Assembly: GCA_047974375.1 (NCBI GenBank)
Contig: JBKECF010000052.1
Span: forward strand, 61,694 to 125,693
Direction: 5' to 3'
Source: Lachnospirales bacterium
GTDB taxonomy: Bacteria > Bacillota > Clostridia > Lachnospirales > CAMZNU01
DNA length: 64,000 nucleotides
In this document: piece after piece, positions 1 to 10,238 of the stretch
How the letters are laid out: each line of letters opens with the position of its first letter
Position numbering within the stretch: the stretch's first letter is position 1
Program-made: the position numbers and the translations under genes
The notes under the pieces: model-generated
The model's database searches: none
Told to the model about the DNA's origin: nothing
The model's input: only the letters and a program-made list of their open reading frames with translations

Positions 1-2360
1 ACCCAAGTAAGGGTTATAAAAAATCAGCACGTATTACAGGTGATACCATGGGTAAATACCATCCCCATGGAGATAGTTCTATATACGACGCTATGGTACG
101 TATGGCTCAAAGCTTTTCAATGAGATATATGCTAGTGGATGGACATGGTAATTTTGGTTCAATAGATGGCGATGGTGCGGCAGCACAGCGTTATACAGAG
201 GCTAAATTAAGTAAGATTTCTACAGAAATGCTTAGAGGTTTAGATAAAAATACGGTTGATTTTCAAAAAAACTACGATGAAGAACTGGAGGAACCAGTAG
301 TTTTACCATCTAGATTTCCTAATCTTTTAGTTAATGGTTCTTCTGGAATAGCAGTTGGTATGGCTACTAATATACCTCCACACAATTTATGTGAGGTAAT
401 AGATGGAGTAGTAAAGCTAATTGATGTAAGATTGGAAGAAGATAGAGAAATAGAAATAGATGAATTACTTGAGATTATAAAAGGACCAGATTTTCCAACA
501 GGAGCTAATATATTAGGCAGAAGTGGTATTGTGAGTGCATATAGAACAGGACGTGGTAAAATTGTAGTGCGTTCCGAAGCTACAATTGAAACTTTAAACA
601 ATGGACGAGAGCAAATAATTATCACAGAAATACCATATCAAGTAAATAAAGCTAAATTGCAGGAAAAAATTGCAGACCTAGTAAAAGATAAAAAGGTTGA
701 GGGAATTTCAGACTTACGTGATGAATCTGACAGAAATGGAATTAGAATTGTTATAGATATAAAAAAGGATAGTAATGCAAATGTAGTCTTAAATAAGTTA
801 TATAAATTTTCTCAATTACAAGAAACTTTTGGCGTTATTATGCTTGCTCTTGTAGATAACCAGCCACGTATATTAAATTTATACGAAATGCTTTATTACT
901 ATGTTGAGCATCAAAAGGAAGTTGTAACAAGGCGTACGCAATTTGACCTAGATAAAGCATTGAAACGTGCCCATATTATAGAGGGGTACTTAATAGCTTT
1001 AGATAATATTGACGAAGTGATTAGTATAATTAAAGCGTCAGAGACTACTCGAATAGCTATTGAATCTTTAATGGAAAGATTTAACCTTTCAGAAGAACAA
1101 AGTACAGCGATACCTAATATGCAATTACGTCGTTTAACAGGTTTAGAGCGTGGTAAATTAGATGAAGAATATAAAGATTTAGAAATTCTTATTGATGAGT
1201 TAAAATCTATTTTACAAGATGAAAGACTTCTTTACAATGTAATTAAAGAGGAAATATTAAATATAAAAAATCAGTATGGTGATGAGAGAAGAAGTAAGTT
1301 CTTGGAGGATATATCTGAAATAAATATGGAAGACATTATTGAAGATGAGGCTAGTGTTATTACTCTTACTCAACTAGGATATATAAAAAGATTACCATTG
1401 TCCACATACAAAAGCCAAAACCGAGGAGGAAAAGGCATAATAGGTATGAATACAAGAGATGAGGATAATGTGAAAGACTTGTATATCTGTACAAATCATG
1501 AAAGCCTTATGTTCTTTACAAATAAAGGTAAAGTATTTAGTCTAAAAGCTTATGAAATTCCTGAAGCTGGAAGAACGGCAAGGGGACTTGCTGTTGTTAA
1601 TTTACTAAATCTTGAGTCTAATGAAAAAGTGGCTTCAATTATTCCCATTAAAGAGTATGATGAAAATGAATACTTCTTAATGTTGAGTAAGCAAGGTATA
1701 ATTAAAAAGACATATATAGATCAATATAAAAATATAAGAATATCAGGCTTAATAGCCTTAAATATACGTGATGATGATGAATTAATAAAAGTTTTAAGGA
1801 CTACAGATTATAATAATGTATTTATTGCTACTAAAAAAGGACAATCCATAAGCTTTAATGTTGGAGAGGATTTAAGGGCTTTAGGTAGGTATGCGACGGG
1901 CGTAAGGGGTATAAGATTAAACAAGAATGATGAGGTAATAGACTGTTTAATTTTAGAAAACGATTATAAAATTTTATCGGTATCTGAAAATGGGTATGGT
2001 AAATTATCTGAAATTACTGAATTTAGGAAGCAATCTCGTGGTGGTAAAGGTATAAAATGCTATAAAATTACTGAAAAAACAGGAGATTTAATTTCCTTAG
2101 AATTAGTAAATGAAAATGAAGAATTAATGATTTTAAATTCAGATGGTGTTATTATTAGAATACGTGTTTCTGATATTTCTACTACTAGTAGAGTAACATC
2201 TGGAGTTAAGTTAATAGATTTAAATGAAGAACAAAAAGTAATTGGAATTAATAAAATTACTGAAGATCAAATTGAACTTGAATTAGAAGAAGCTGAGATG
2301 GAATTAAATGGTGATAGTATAGAAGAGGACTTATCACAAGAGGATGGTAGTGAAGAATAA
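1..2360 (+). CDS. gyrA: DNA gyrase subunit A, 5' end outside window (reading frame open from nt 3)
   Basis: Translation from nt 3 reads ...[31 protein letters not shown].., the GyrA region around the catalytic Tyr. Repetitive C-terminal beta-pinwheel-like segments and an acidic tail follow. Confidence 0.95.
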   Translation, partial: PSKGYKKSARITGDTMGKYHPHGDSSIYDAMVRMAQSFSMRYMLVDGHGNFGSIDGDGAAAQRYTEAKLSKISTEMLRGLDKNTVDFQKNYDEELEEPVVLPSRFPNLLVNGSSGIAVGMATNIPPHNLCEVIDGVVKLIDVRLEEDREIEIDELLEIIKGPDFPTGANILGRSGIVSAYRTGRGKIVVRSEATIETLNNGREQIIITEIPYQVNKAKLQEKIADLVKDKKVEGISDLRDESDRNGIRIVIDIKKDSNANVVLNKLYKFSQLQETFGVIMLALVDNQPRILNLYEMLYYYVEHQKEVVTRRTQFDLDKALKRAHIIEGYLIALDNIDEVISIIKASETTRIAIESLMERFNLSEEQSTAIPNMQLRRLTGLERGKLDEEYKDLEILIDELKSILQDERLLYNVIKEEILNIKNQYGDERRSKFLEDISEINMEDIIEDEASVITLTQLGYIKRLPLSTYKSQNRGGKGIIGMNTRDEDNVKDLYICTNHESLMFFTNKGKVFSLKAYEIPEAGRTARGLAVVNLLNLESNEKVASIIPIKEYDENEYFLMLSKQGIIKKTYIDQYKNIRISGLIALNIRDDDELIKVLRTTDYNNVFIATKKGQSISFNVGEDLRALGRYATGVRGIRLNKNDEVIDCLILENDYKILSVSENGYGKLSEITEFRKQSRGGKGIKCYKITEKTGDLISLELVNENEELMILNSDGVIIRIRVSDISTTSRVTSGVKLIDLNEEQKVIGINKITEDQIELELEEAEMELNGDSIEEDLSQEDGSEE

Positions 2361-2372
2361 AAAATAATAAGT

Positions 2373-2451
2373 AATCCCTATAGACAATAATTAAAATTAT
2401 ATAGTTACAGAATTTAGTAACATAATTGAATTATTTTATATAGGGATTTTT
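2373..2451 (+). terminator. Possible gyrA terminator (10-bp arms, long loop, T-run)
   Basis: aatccctata (2373-2382) pairs with tatagggatt (2438-2447) and is followed by ttttt. The loop is unusually long, so confidence is low. Confidence 0.3.
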
Positions 2452-2486
2452 ATTATGTATGGAACTATATAAAAGAAGGATGTATT

Positions 2487-4262
2487 ATGTCGAATTGGGT
2501 AATAAGAAAAAAAACAGGTGATGTTAAAAATATGGCAAAATTAATAAATAAAAGCGAAATATTTTGCCAAGTCCTATTGAATAGAAATATTAATACTAAA
2601 AGAAGATTGAATAATTTTATGCAACTAAGTTATGAGCATGACATATCTACGATGAAAGATTTAAATAAAGCCATTGAAATGATTATAGAAGCTATTGGTA
2701 AAAATAAAAAAATTACATTGTATGGAGATTATGATGTTGACGGGGTAACAAGTACAACGATTTTTTACAAGTCGTTAATGACATTAGAAGCAAACGTTAC
2801 GTACTATATTCCCCACAGAGAAAAAGAAGGGTATGGATTAAATAAAAGGGCAATAGAAGAGTTTTATAATGATGGCATTGATTTACTAATAACCCTAGAT
2901 AACGGTATTGCGTCCCTCGAGGAAAATAGGTATATAAAAGAGTTGGGTATAGATTTAATAGTAATTGATCACCATGAAGCACCTCGTGTAGAAGGTAGCA
3001 CTGTTGAAATAGAGCCTATGGGAGATGCTATAATAGACCCGAAGCAAAGTGTTTGTGACTACCCCTTCAAACAAATGTGTACAGCAGGGCTTGTATATCA
3101 AATATCAAAGTATCTTTTTTATAAACTTAATAAAGAATTTATCATAGATAAAGAACTTAACATTTTTTCGATGATAGGAACTTTTTGTGATATAGTTGAC
3201 TTAAAGGAAGATAATAGAATTATAGCGTCATTAGGATTAGATTTATTAAATAAAAATAAGAATATTAATATCGGGTTACATGCGTTGTTGAAAGAAAAAT
3301 CTATTTATAAAGATGAAATACGAGAGTACCATATAGGATTTATAATAGGTCCTTGTATAAATGCAAGTGGAAGGCTAAGTGAGGCAACATTAGCTGTTAA
3401 ATTATTTACAACAGATGATCAGGAAGAAGCTACCAATATCGCAAAGGAATTAGTTGCATTAAATGAAGAAAGAAAGAAGTTAACAGATGAAGCTATAGAT
3501 AATGCAATTAGGGTTGTGGAAGAAGAAATAAAGGATGAAAAAGTATATGTAATTTATGATGGTACAATACATGAAAGTATAGCTGGTATAGTAGCTGGTA
3601 GAATAAAAGATAAATATTATCATCCGACAATTGTTTTAACTAATGGTGAAGAGTCCCTTAAAGGATCTGCTCGTTCAATTGAATGCTATAATATTTTTGA
3701 TGCCTTGAGTCAGTGTAAAAAATATTTTTTAAGGTTTGGGGGGCACAGCATGGCGGCTGGATTATCACTAAGCAAAGAAAATTTAGAAATATTTAAAAAT
3801 GAAATTAATAGAAATGCAAACTTAACATCTAAGGATTTTATTGAAATAATTCCAATAGATATGCCCTTGCCTCTAGAAAGTGTGAGCTATGAACTGGCAA
3901 AGGAACTAGAGCTATTAAAACCTTTTGGTAAGGATAATAAACAACCAATTTTTGGGAGTAAGAATATTAAAATTCTAGAATTAAGATTAATTGAAGAGAA
4001 AAATACTATTATATTCACTTTAGAAGTAAATGAATATAGAAATATAAAAGCTATTAGTTTTGGAAAAGTGTCAAATTTTATTGAAGTATTAGAAAATAAG
4101 TTTACATCTTATGAAGTTAATAAAATAAAAAAAGGGATACTGCGAAACGTTGATTTAAAAATAGATATAGTTTATTATATTGATATAAACGAATATAAAA
4201 ATAATTTTTCGGTACAACTTAAAGTAAAAGATTTTAGGCTTTCTGAATATGAAGAGGAGTAA
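2487..4262 (+). CDS. recJ: Single-stranded-DNA-specific exonuclease RecJ (DHH/DHHA1)
   Basis: DHH motifs are present: YGDYDVDGVTS, LITLDNG, LIVIDHH, and GGHSMAAG in the DHHA1 part. Length 591 aa. Confidence 0.9.
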   Translation: MSNWVIRKKTGDVKNMAKLINKSEIFCQVLLNRNINTKRRLNNFMQLSYEHDISTMKDLNKAIEMIIEAIGKNKKITLYGDYDVDGVTSTTIFYKSLMTLEANVTYYIPHREKEGYGLNKRAIEEFYNDGIDLLITLDNGIASLEENRYIKELGIDLIVIDHHEAPRVEGSTVEIEPMGDAIIDPKQSVCDYPFKQMCTAGLVYQISKYLFYKLNKEFIIDKELNIFSMIGTFCDIVDLKEDNRIIASLGLDLLNKNKNINIGLHALLKEKSIYKDEIREYHIGFIIGPCINASGRLSEATLAVKLFTTDDQEEATNIAKELVALNEERKKLTDEAIDNAIRVVEEEIKDEKVYVIYDGTIHESIAGIVAGRIKDKYYHPTIVLTNGEESLKGSARSIECYNIFDALSQCKKYFLRFGGHSMAAGLSLSKENLEIFKNEINRNANLTSKDFIEIIPIDMPLPLESVSYELAKELELLKPFGKDNKQPIFGSKNIKILELRLIEEKNTIIFTLEVNEYRNIKAISFGKVSNFIEVLENKFTSYEVNKIKKGILRNVDLKIDIVYYIDINEYKNNFSVQLKVKDFRLSEYEEE

Positions 4263-4266
4263 TGCA

Positions 4267-4779
4267 ATGGATTTAAAAAAAGTAATTCGTTCCGTAGAAG
4301 ATTTTCCAGAAAAAGGTATATTGTTTAGAGATATAACCACTGTTTTAATGAATGAGAACGCCCTAGTTGAATCTGTAGATGAAATGCAAAAAAAAGTAGA
4401 TGGTTGTGATTTTGATTTAATAATTGGACCAGAGTCTAGAGGATTTATTTTTGGCATGCCACTAGCCTATAACCTGAAAAAAGGTTTTATACCTGTTAGG
4501 AAAAAAGGTAAATTACCGTACGAAACCATATCTGAAAGCTATAATTTAGAATATGGTAGTGCGACTGTAGAAATGCATAAAGATGCTATAAAAAAGGGTC
4601 AGAAAGTTGTAATTGTTGATGATTTATTGGCAACAGGTGGCACTTGTAAAGCTATGGTTAATTTAATTGAAAAAGCAGGTGGGGAAGTAGTGAAAATAGT
4701 TTTCTTTATAGAATTAGATGATCTTAAAGGAAGAAAAGTTTTAGAGGGATATTCCGTTGAGTCGGTTTTAAATTATTAG
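4267..4779 (+). CDS. apt: Adenine phosphoribosyltransferase
   Basis: MDLKKVIRSVEDFPEKGILFRDIT... and the PRPP-binding loop VVIVDDLLATGGT. I prefer the ATG at 4267 (GAGGAG 8 nt upstream) over the track start at 4249. Confidence 0.92.
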   Translation: MDLKKVIRSVEDFPEKGILFRDITTVLMNENALVESVDEMQKKVDGCDFDLIIGPESRGFIFGMPLAYNLKKGFIPVRKKGKLPYETISESYNLEYGSATVEMHKDAIKKGQKVVIVDDLLATGGTCKAMVNLIEKAGGEVVKIVFFIELDDLKGRKVLEGYSVESVLNY

Positions 4780-4790
4780 AGAGGGTAATC

Positions 4791-5912
4791 ATGGTAGAAA
4801 ATAGAACTTTCGGCGATTTAGGCATTTTGGCGTTAAGAAGCACAAAGGAGTTATCACGAAAAATAGACACAGAACTAAAGGCACGACGTGAATTCCGTGA
4901 CGGTGCTATAAATCAAGACACATACATATTGAACGTAAATGAAGTAAGATTTTCTAATGGTGAGGCTAAATTTAAATTAGCTGAAACTGTTCGTGGTAAA
5001 GATGTATATATTATTTGTGATATTGGCAATTACAGCTGTACATATAGCGTTTATGGTTTTGAAAACCATATGGGACCAGATGAGCATTTTCAAGATATAA
5101 AAAGAGCTTTATCTGCAATTGGAGGTAAAAGCAGACGTACTACTGTTATTATGCCTTTACTGTATGCATCTAGACAACACAGGAGAAAAGGTCGAGAGTC
5201 ATTGGATTGTGCTTTGGCATTGCAAGAATTAGAAAAAATGGGCGTATCAGATATTATAACTTTTGATGTTCATGATCCTAATATACAAAATGCAATACCT
5301 TTAGCATCTTTTGAAAATATATATCCTACATACCCAATTGTTAAAAAAATATTTGAACATGATCTAACTCATTTAGCTGACATAACAAATACAATTGTAA
5401 TTAGTCCGGATACTGGTGCAATGGATAGGGCTATTTACTATGCAGGTGTAATGGGTTGTGATATTGGTCTTTTTTATAAACGAAGGGACTATACAAAGAT
5501 AGTAAGAGGGAAAAATCCTATTATTAATCATGAATATATGGGACCAGATATAAAGGGTAAAAATATACTTATAGTAGACGATATGATTGCATCAGGAGAG
5601 TCATCACTAGATATTGCAACTGAATTAAAGAGTAGGGGTGCGGAAAAAATATTAATAGCAGCATCATTTGCTCTTTTTACAGAAGGACTATCTAAATTTG
5701 ATGAAGCTTACAAAAATAATTTATTTGATAGGGTGTATGCAACGAATTTAACTTATGTACCAGATGAAGTTCTTGCACAAGAATGGTATTTAGAGGTGGA
5801 TATGAGTAAATATATTGCTGAGTTAATTGATTACTTAAACTACGATAAATCAATATCTAAACTTATGGATGCCACGTATCCGATTAAATCATTAATGAAA
5901 AAAATGAGCTGA
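4791..5912 (+). CDS. Ribose-phosphate pyrophosphokinase family protein (long Prs paralog)
   Basis: PRPP-synthetase-like blocks: RFSNGEAKFKLAETVRGKDVYII, ASRQHRR, ITFDVHD, and the PRPP loop ILIVDDMIASGES. At 373 aa it is longer than classical Prs. Confidence 0.8.
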   Translation: MVENRTFGDLGILALRSTKELSRKIDTELKARREFRDGAINQDTYILNVNEVRFSNGEAKFKLAETVRGKDVYIICDIGNYSCTYSVYGFENHMGPDEHFQDIKRALSAIGGKSRRTTVIMPLLYASRQHRRKGRESLDCALALQELEKMGVSDIITFDVHDPNIQNAIPLASFENIYPTYPIVKKIFEHDLTHLADITNTIVISPDTGAMDRAIYYAGVMGCDIGLFYKRRDYTKIVRGKNPIINHEYMGPDIKGKNILIVDDMIASGESSLDIATELKSRGAEKILIAASFALFTEGLSKFDEAYKNNLFDRVYATNLTYVPDEVLAQEWYLEVDMSKYIAELIDYLNYDKSISKLMDATYPIKSLMKKMS

Positions 5913-5936
5913 TTTTTTTATATCAGGAGGAAATTT

Positions 5937-6137
5937 ATGAAAACTAATATTTATGTAGAGAATGACAATATTCAAACTTTAATTAGTAATTTTGAAAAAG
6001 AAGCTAAATCAATTTGGAGATCAAAAGGAAGACTAGTAAAAGATATTGAAACCTTAAATATATACTTTAAGCCTGATGAGAAAAAAGTGTATTGTGTATA
6101 TAATGAAAAAGAAACGGACACATTTGAAATAAATTAG
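5937..6137 (+). CDS. Hypothetical small protein (66 aa)
   Basis: ORF preceded by AGGAGG 6-8 nt upstream and followed by a strong terminator. I recognise no family. Confidence 0.5.
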   Translation: MKTNIYVENDNIQTLISNFEKEAKSIWRSKGRLVKDIETLNIYFKPDEKKVYCVYNEKETDTFEIN

Positions 6138-6180
6138 GACAGTTATATTTTTCTACAAATGTATTGGGTTTAGCATAAAT

Positions 6181-6228
6181 AAAGAGGCATAATTCACAAG
6201 AAATTATTGAGAATTATGCCTCTTTCAT
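6181..6228 (+). terminator. Rho-independent terminator
   Basis: aaagaggcataattc ... gaattatgcctcttt perfect inverted repeat followed by T-rich sequence. Confidence 0.8.
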
Positions 6229-6435
6229 TATTAAGAAGTATACGGTGCCATTAAGTTTTCTTATGGAAGTTTTCTTATGTACACCGATTTTGTATACTAC
6301 CTCAAAAATGCTTTTTTGAGAATATCCCTTTTAACTACTAGAATAAAATGATTTGAATAGTGAAAATTTAATTAATAAATGATATAATATGTTTAGAAAA
6401 CAACTTTATATTTAGGAAACAAAAAAGGAGGTAGT

Positions 6436-7989
6436 ATGAAGAATAAATATTTAGGTATAGAATTTGGCTCAACGAGAGTTAAGGCTGTTCTCACTAATGA
6501 AAAGAATATGCCAATTGCAAGTGGAAGTTATTCATGGGAAAATAAACTAGCAAATGGATATTGGTCTTATGATTTAGAAGAAGTTTGGATAGGGTTACAA
6601 GAAAGTTATAGTCAATTGGCAAATGATTATAAGAGTAAATTTAATGAGGATTTAACTAAGATTACAGCAATGGGAATTTCTGCTATGATGCATGGATATT
6701 TACCTTTTGATAAAGAGGGTAATGCATTAACGGAATTTAGAACATGGAGGAATACAACAACGGGAGAAGCTGCTGAAAAACTAACAAATGAATTAAAATT
6801 TAACATTCCTTTGCGATGGAGTATTTCTCATTTGTATCAATCGATTTTGAGTAAAGAAAAGCATGTTGAAGATATAAAATATCTAACAACTTTAGCCGGA
6901 TACATACACTGGAAGTTAACAGGTAAATTTGTTTTGGGAATTGGCGATGCATCTGGTATGTTTCCTGTTGATAGTACTACAAAAGATTATGACCATAAAA
7001 AAGTAAAGAAATTTGATGATTTAATAGAAGAAAATAATTTTTCATGGAAGTTAAAGGATATATTGCCAGAAGTATTGTGTGCAGGTACAGAAAGTGGGAA
7101 TTTAACTGAGGAAGGCGCTAAGCTACTGGATAAAACAGGAAAGTTGAAGAGTGGAATTATTCTTTGTCCTCCAGAGGGTGATGCAGGAACAGGCATGGTT
7201 GCAACTAATAGTATAGCTGAGAAAACGGGAAATATATCTGCAGGTACATCAATATTTTCCATGGTAGTTTTGGAAAAACCTTTAGGATCGGTTTATGAAG
7301 AAATAGACATGGTTACAACGCCTACAGGTAAGCAGGTTGCTATGGTACATTGCAATAATTGCACAAATGAGATAAATGCGTGGGTAAATATCTTCAAGGA
7401 AGTAAGCACAATGTTTAACGGAACTCAAAACTTGGACGAGATATATACTAAATTATTTGAGGTAGCATTGGAGGGGGATGTGGATTGTGGTGGATTGTTA
7501 GGTTATAACTATCTGTCGGGTGAACCGATTTGTGGAGTTGATGATGGTAGATTATTATTTATAAGACGTCCAGACAGTCAATTTAATTTAAAAAATTTTA
7601 TGCGAATGCAATTATATAGTGCCTGTGCAAGTTTAAAAATTGGAATGAATATACTTGTAAAAGAAAACGTTAAAATTGATAATCTTCTTGGCCATGGTGG
7701 CTTTTTTAAGACTCCAAAAGTCGGCCAAAGTATTATGGCGTCAGCTTTAAATACAAAAGTTACTGTTATGGAAACAGCAGGAGAGGGGGGGGCATGGGGA
7801 TGCGCAGTACTCGCTGCATATCAGTATAATAAACTGGGTACATTAGAAGAATTTTTAAATACTAGTGTATTTAATGACAAAGGTGTAACAGTTGAACCGA
7901 ATTTAAATGATGTAGATGGTTTTAATAAATTTTTAGATATGTATAAAAAGGGCCTTAGTATTGAAAATGAGGCAATTAAGGCGATATAA
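6436..7989 (+). CDS. FGGY-family carbohydrate kinase (xylulokinase/ribulokinase-like)
   Basis: N-terminal LGIEFGSTRVKAVL actin-fold phosphate-1 motif, GISAMMHG, and C-terminal GHGGFFK / GEGGAWG motifs. 517 aa. Confidence 0.8.
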   Translation: MKNKYLGIEFGSTRVKAVLTNEKNMPIASGSYSWENKLANGYWSYDLEEVWIGLQESYSQLANDYKSKFNEDLTKITAMGISAMMHGYLPFDKEGNALTEFRTWRNTTTGEAAEKLTNELKFNIPLRWSISHLYQSILSKEKHVEDIKYLTTLAGYIHWKLTGKFVLGIGDASGMFPVDSTTKDYDHKKVKKFDDLIEENNFSWKLKDILPEVLCAGTESGNLTEEGAKLLDKTGKLKSGIILCPPEGDAGTGMVATNSIAEKTGNISAGTSIFSMVVLEKPLGSVYEEIDMVTTPTGKQVAMVHCNNCTNEINAWVNIFKEVSTMFNGTQNLDEIYTKLFEVALEGDVDCGGLLGYNYLSGEPICGVDDGRLLFIRRPDSQFNLKNFMRMQLYSACASLKIGMNILVKENVKIDNLLGHGGFFKTPKVGQSIMASALNTKVTVMETAGEGGAWGCAVLAAYQYNKLGTLEEFLNTSVFNDKGVTVEPNLNDVDGFNKFLDMYKKGLSIENEAIKAI

Positions 7990-7990
7990 A

Positions 7991-8035
7991 ATAATGGCTA
8001 GTTTCTCCTATGTTTGTGGGAAACTAGCCATTATT
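7991..8035. terminator. Bidirectional terminator between convergent genes
   Basis: aataatggctagtttc / gaaactagccattatt perfect 16-bp arms placed exactly between the two stop codons. Confidence 0.8.
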
Positions 8036-9130
8036 TTATACATTAAATCTAAAAAGTACTACATCTCCATCTTTTACAATATATTCTTTTCCCTCAACGC
8101 TCACTAAGCCTTTTTCTTTGGCTTTTGTATATGAGCCTAGTTCTGTTAAGTTATCGTAACTAACAACTTCAGCACGTATAAATCCACGTTCAAAATCTGA
8201 ATGTATTTTTCCAGCTGCTCCAGGGGCTTTTGTTCCTCTTGTAATTGTCCAAGCCCTCGTTTCCTTTGGACCTGCTGTTAAATAACTAATTAAACCTAGA
8301 AGTTTATAACTAGCTTTAATTAATTTGTCTAGGCTGCTTTCAGTAACACCTAAGTCTTCTAGAAACATTTTTTTATCATCTTCATCAAGATCCATCATTT
8401 CTTCTTCAGCTTTTGCGCAAACGGTAAAGAGCTCAGAATTCTCATTTATTGCAAAATCTCTGACTAATTTAACGAAATCGTTGCTTCCGCCATCGTCTTT
8501 TAAATCATCTTCACTTACATTTGCGGCGTAAAGTATTGGCTTATCTGTTAATAACTCGAAGGATTTACAGAGTAATGTCTCTTCTTCGTCTAATTCCATG
8601 GATCTAACGGATTGACCATTATTTAAAGTTTCTTTTATTTTTTCCAGTAGGTTAAGCTCACCTACTAAAGATTTATCATTTTTAGCGGTTTTAACTACCT
8701 TACTTAGCCTTCTTTCAACAATTTCTAGGTCGGATAGTATTAATTCGTAGTTTATTGTTTCGATGTCTCTAACAGGATTTATTTCACCATCTACATGGAC
8801 TATATTAGTATCTTGAAAGCAACGAACCACATGAACGATTGCATCAACTTCACGTATATGGGATAGAAATTTATTTCCTAATCCTTCGCCTTTAGATGCC
8901 CCTTTTACAAGACCGGCTATATCAACAAACTCAATAACAGCAGGAACGATTTTTTCGGAATTATAAAGTTCAGATAGTTTATTTAGTCTATAGTCTGGTA
9001 CAGGAACCATTCCAACATTTGGGTCTATTGTACAAAACGGATAGTTTGCACTTTCTATACCAGCCTTTGTTAATGAATTAAAAAGGGTGCTTTTTCCTAC
9101 ATTGGGTAAACCTACTATACCTAATTTCAT
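8036..9130 (-). CDS. ychF: Redox-regulated ATPase YchF (Obg-family GTPase)
   Basis: [19 protein letters not shown]-loop, [11 protein letters not shown]-terminal TGS-like ...[14 protein letters not shown].. 364 aa. Confidence 0.95.
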   Translation of the reverse strand: MKLGIVGLPNVGKSTLFNSLTKAGIESANYPFCTIDPNVGMVPVPDYRLNKLSELYNSEKIVPAVIEFVDIAGLVKGASKGEGLGNKFLSHIREVDAIVHVVRCFQDTNIVHVDGEINPVRDIETINYELILSDLEIVERRLSKVVKTAKNDKSLVGELNLLEKIKETLNNGQSVRSMELDEEETLLCKSFELLTDKPILYAANVSEDDLKDDGGSNDFVKLVRDFAINENSELFTVCAKAEEEMMDLDEDDKKMFLEDLGVTESSLDKLIKASYKLLGLISYLTAGPKETRAWTITRGTKAPGAAGKIHSDFERGFIRAEVVSYDNLTELGSYTKAKEKGLVSVEGKEYIVKDGDVVLFRFNV

Positions 9131-9221
9131 TTTTTCTCCTTTGTATCTTTTGATTTATATTTAAACATGTAAAATGGGGGTATCCAAAAAATCTAGATAT
9201 CCCCATTTGCGAATTTTACAA

Positions 9222-9404
9222 CTAGTCTCTCTTTAAAAAGCTACCGATAATTAAGCCTTTTATAAATACTAACAAAACTATTAAGCTAGAAAATAATAAG
9301 ATCTTTTTAGCTTCATCTTTTTCAATGAAAATACCATTTTTGTATTTAGGATCTTCTTGGATTTCTTTTTGTGCTACACGATAGTGTCTTATATTGCTTG
9401 GCAT
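9222..9404 (-). CDS. Hypothetical small membrane protein (60 aa)
   Basis: Single C-terminal hydrophobic helix (ILLFSSLIVLLVFIKGLIIGSF); GGAGGA precedes the ATG. Confidence 0.4.
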   Translation of the reverse strand: MPSNIRHYRVAQKEIQEDPKYKNGIFIEKDEAKKILLFSSLIVLLVFIKGLIIGSFLKRD

Positions 9405-9474
9405 AATATCCTCCTTATTAAATGTAATACTGAATTATAGCATTTTTTAAAGGATATGTCCAATTAATATAAAA

Positions 9475-10107
9475 TTAAAATATTCGTTCTAAAATACGAC
9501 GCTTTGTCGCCTGTATATGGTCATGCAAGGCAACAGATGCTTTTTCCATTTGCAAGTTTTCCAAATAGTTTAAAATGTATAAATGCTCATTATATGTAAC
9601 ATCTATGGAATTACCCATTTTTCCACTCATGACACGTACACGATGGTTTTGTTCGGTTATTTCTTCATATAAATCGGTCATATATTTATTATTGTATGCG
9701 GAAATTAAAAACTTATGAAATTCGTCATCTAATAGATTTGCTTCCTCTTCAGAGAACGTTTTACGGCTGTATCTATCTTTAAACTGGAATATTTTTTCCA
9801 TACTTAAATTTTGCCCATACTTTGAAAGGGCAGCCGGTTCAATAACCTCTCTTACTTGAAAAACCTGCAATATATTTTTCATTGTTATTTGGGTTATGAA
9901 AATCCCCTTTTTAGGTATTATCTTTATATAGCCCTCATCTTCTATTCTAGTTAAGGCTTCTCGTATTGGTGTTCTGCTCATGTCTAGTTCGTCAATGATT
10001 TTTTTTTCGTCTAAATACGTTCCAGGCTCTAATTCACAGTTAATTATTTTGCCTTTAATATGACTATATGCTTTTTGCTTCAAAGTTACTTTTGCCATTT
10101 GTCCCAT
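9475..10107 (-). CDS. GntR-family transcriptional regulator (FadR/FCD type)
   Basis: N-terminal wHTH with LDEKKIIDELDMSRTPIREALTRIEDEGYI, plus a helical C-terminal effector domain. Confidence 0.85.
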   Translation of the reverse strand: MGQMAKVTLKQKAYSHIKGKIINCELEPGTYLDEKKIIDELDMSRTPIREALTRIEDEGYIKIIPKKGIFITQITMKNILQVFQVREVIEPAALSKYGQNLSMEKIFQFKDRYSRKTFSEEEANLLDDEFHKFLISAYNNKYMTDLYEEITEQNHRVRVMSGKMGNSIDVTYNEHLYILNYLENLQMEKASVALHDHIQATKRRILERIF

Positions 10108-10238
10108 CCTTTCTACTTATATTTTAAAAAATTAAATTGGTTTTGTCTAGGGTATGTACATATTTTATATAAAATAGTATTATTAAGTAGTTAAAAAATA
10201 ATTTAAATATTCATTAAGTGCTAAATGTGGAGGAATTA

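Noticed and set aside
272-625. The many 60-150-aa ORFs in the track lying antisense to recognised genes (e.g. 272-625, 10586-11041, 15511-15792, 29946-30356, 45895-46329, 54928-55344, 56634-56954, 61132-61719).
   Set aside because: Each is fully embedded opposite a gene with unmistakable family motifs. They have low-complexity S/I/L/F-rich translations and no RBS, which is the expected artefact in AT-rich DNA.
4249-4266. Track start codons for apt (4249), AI-2E permease (10218), asrA (17988), cls (33332) and icd (39464).
   Set aside because: Downstream ATGs (4267, 10239, 18003, 33344, 39545) have proper GGAGG-type RBS spacing and give N-termini matching the family. The longer versions overlap upstream genes or add non-conserved residues.
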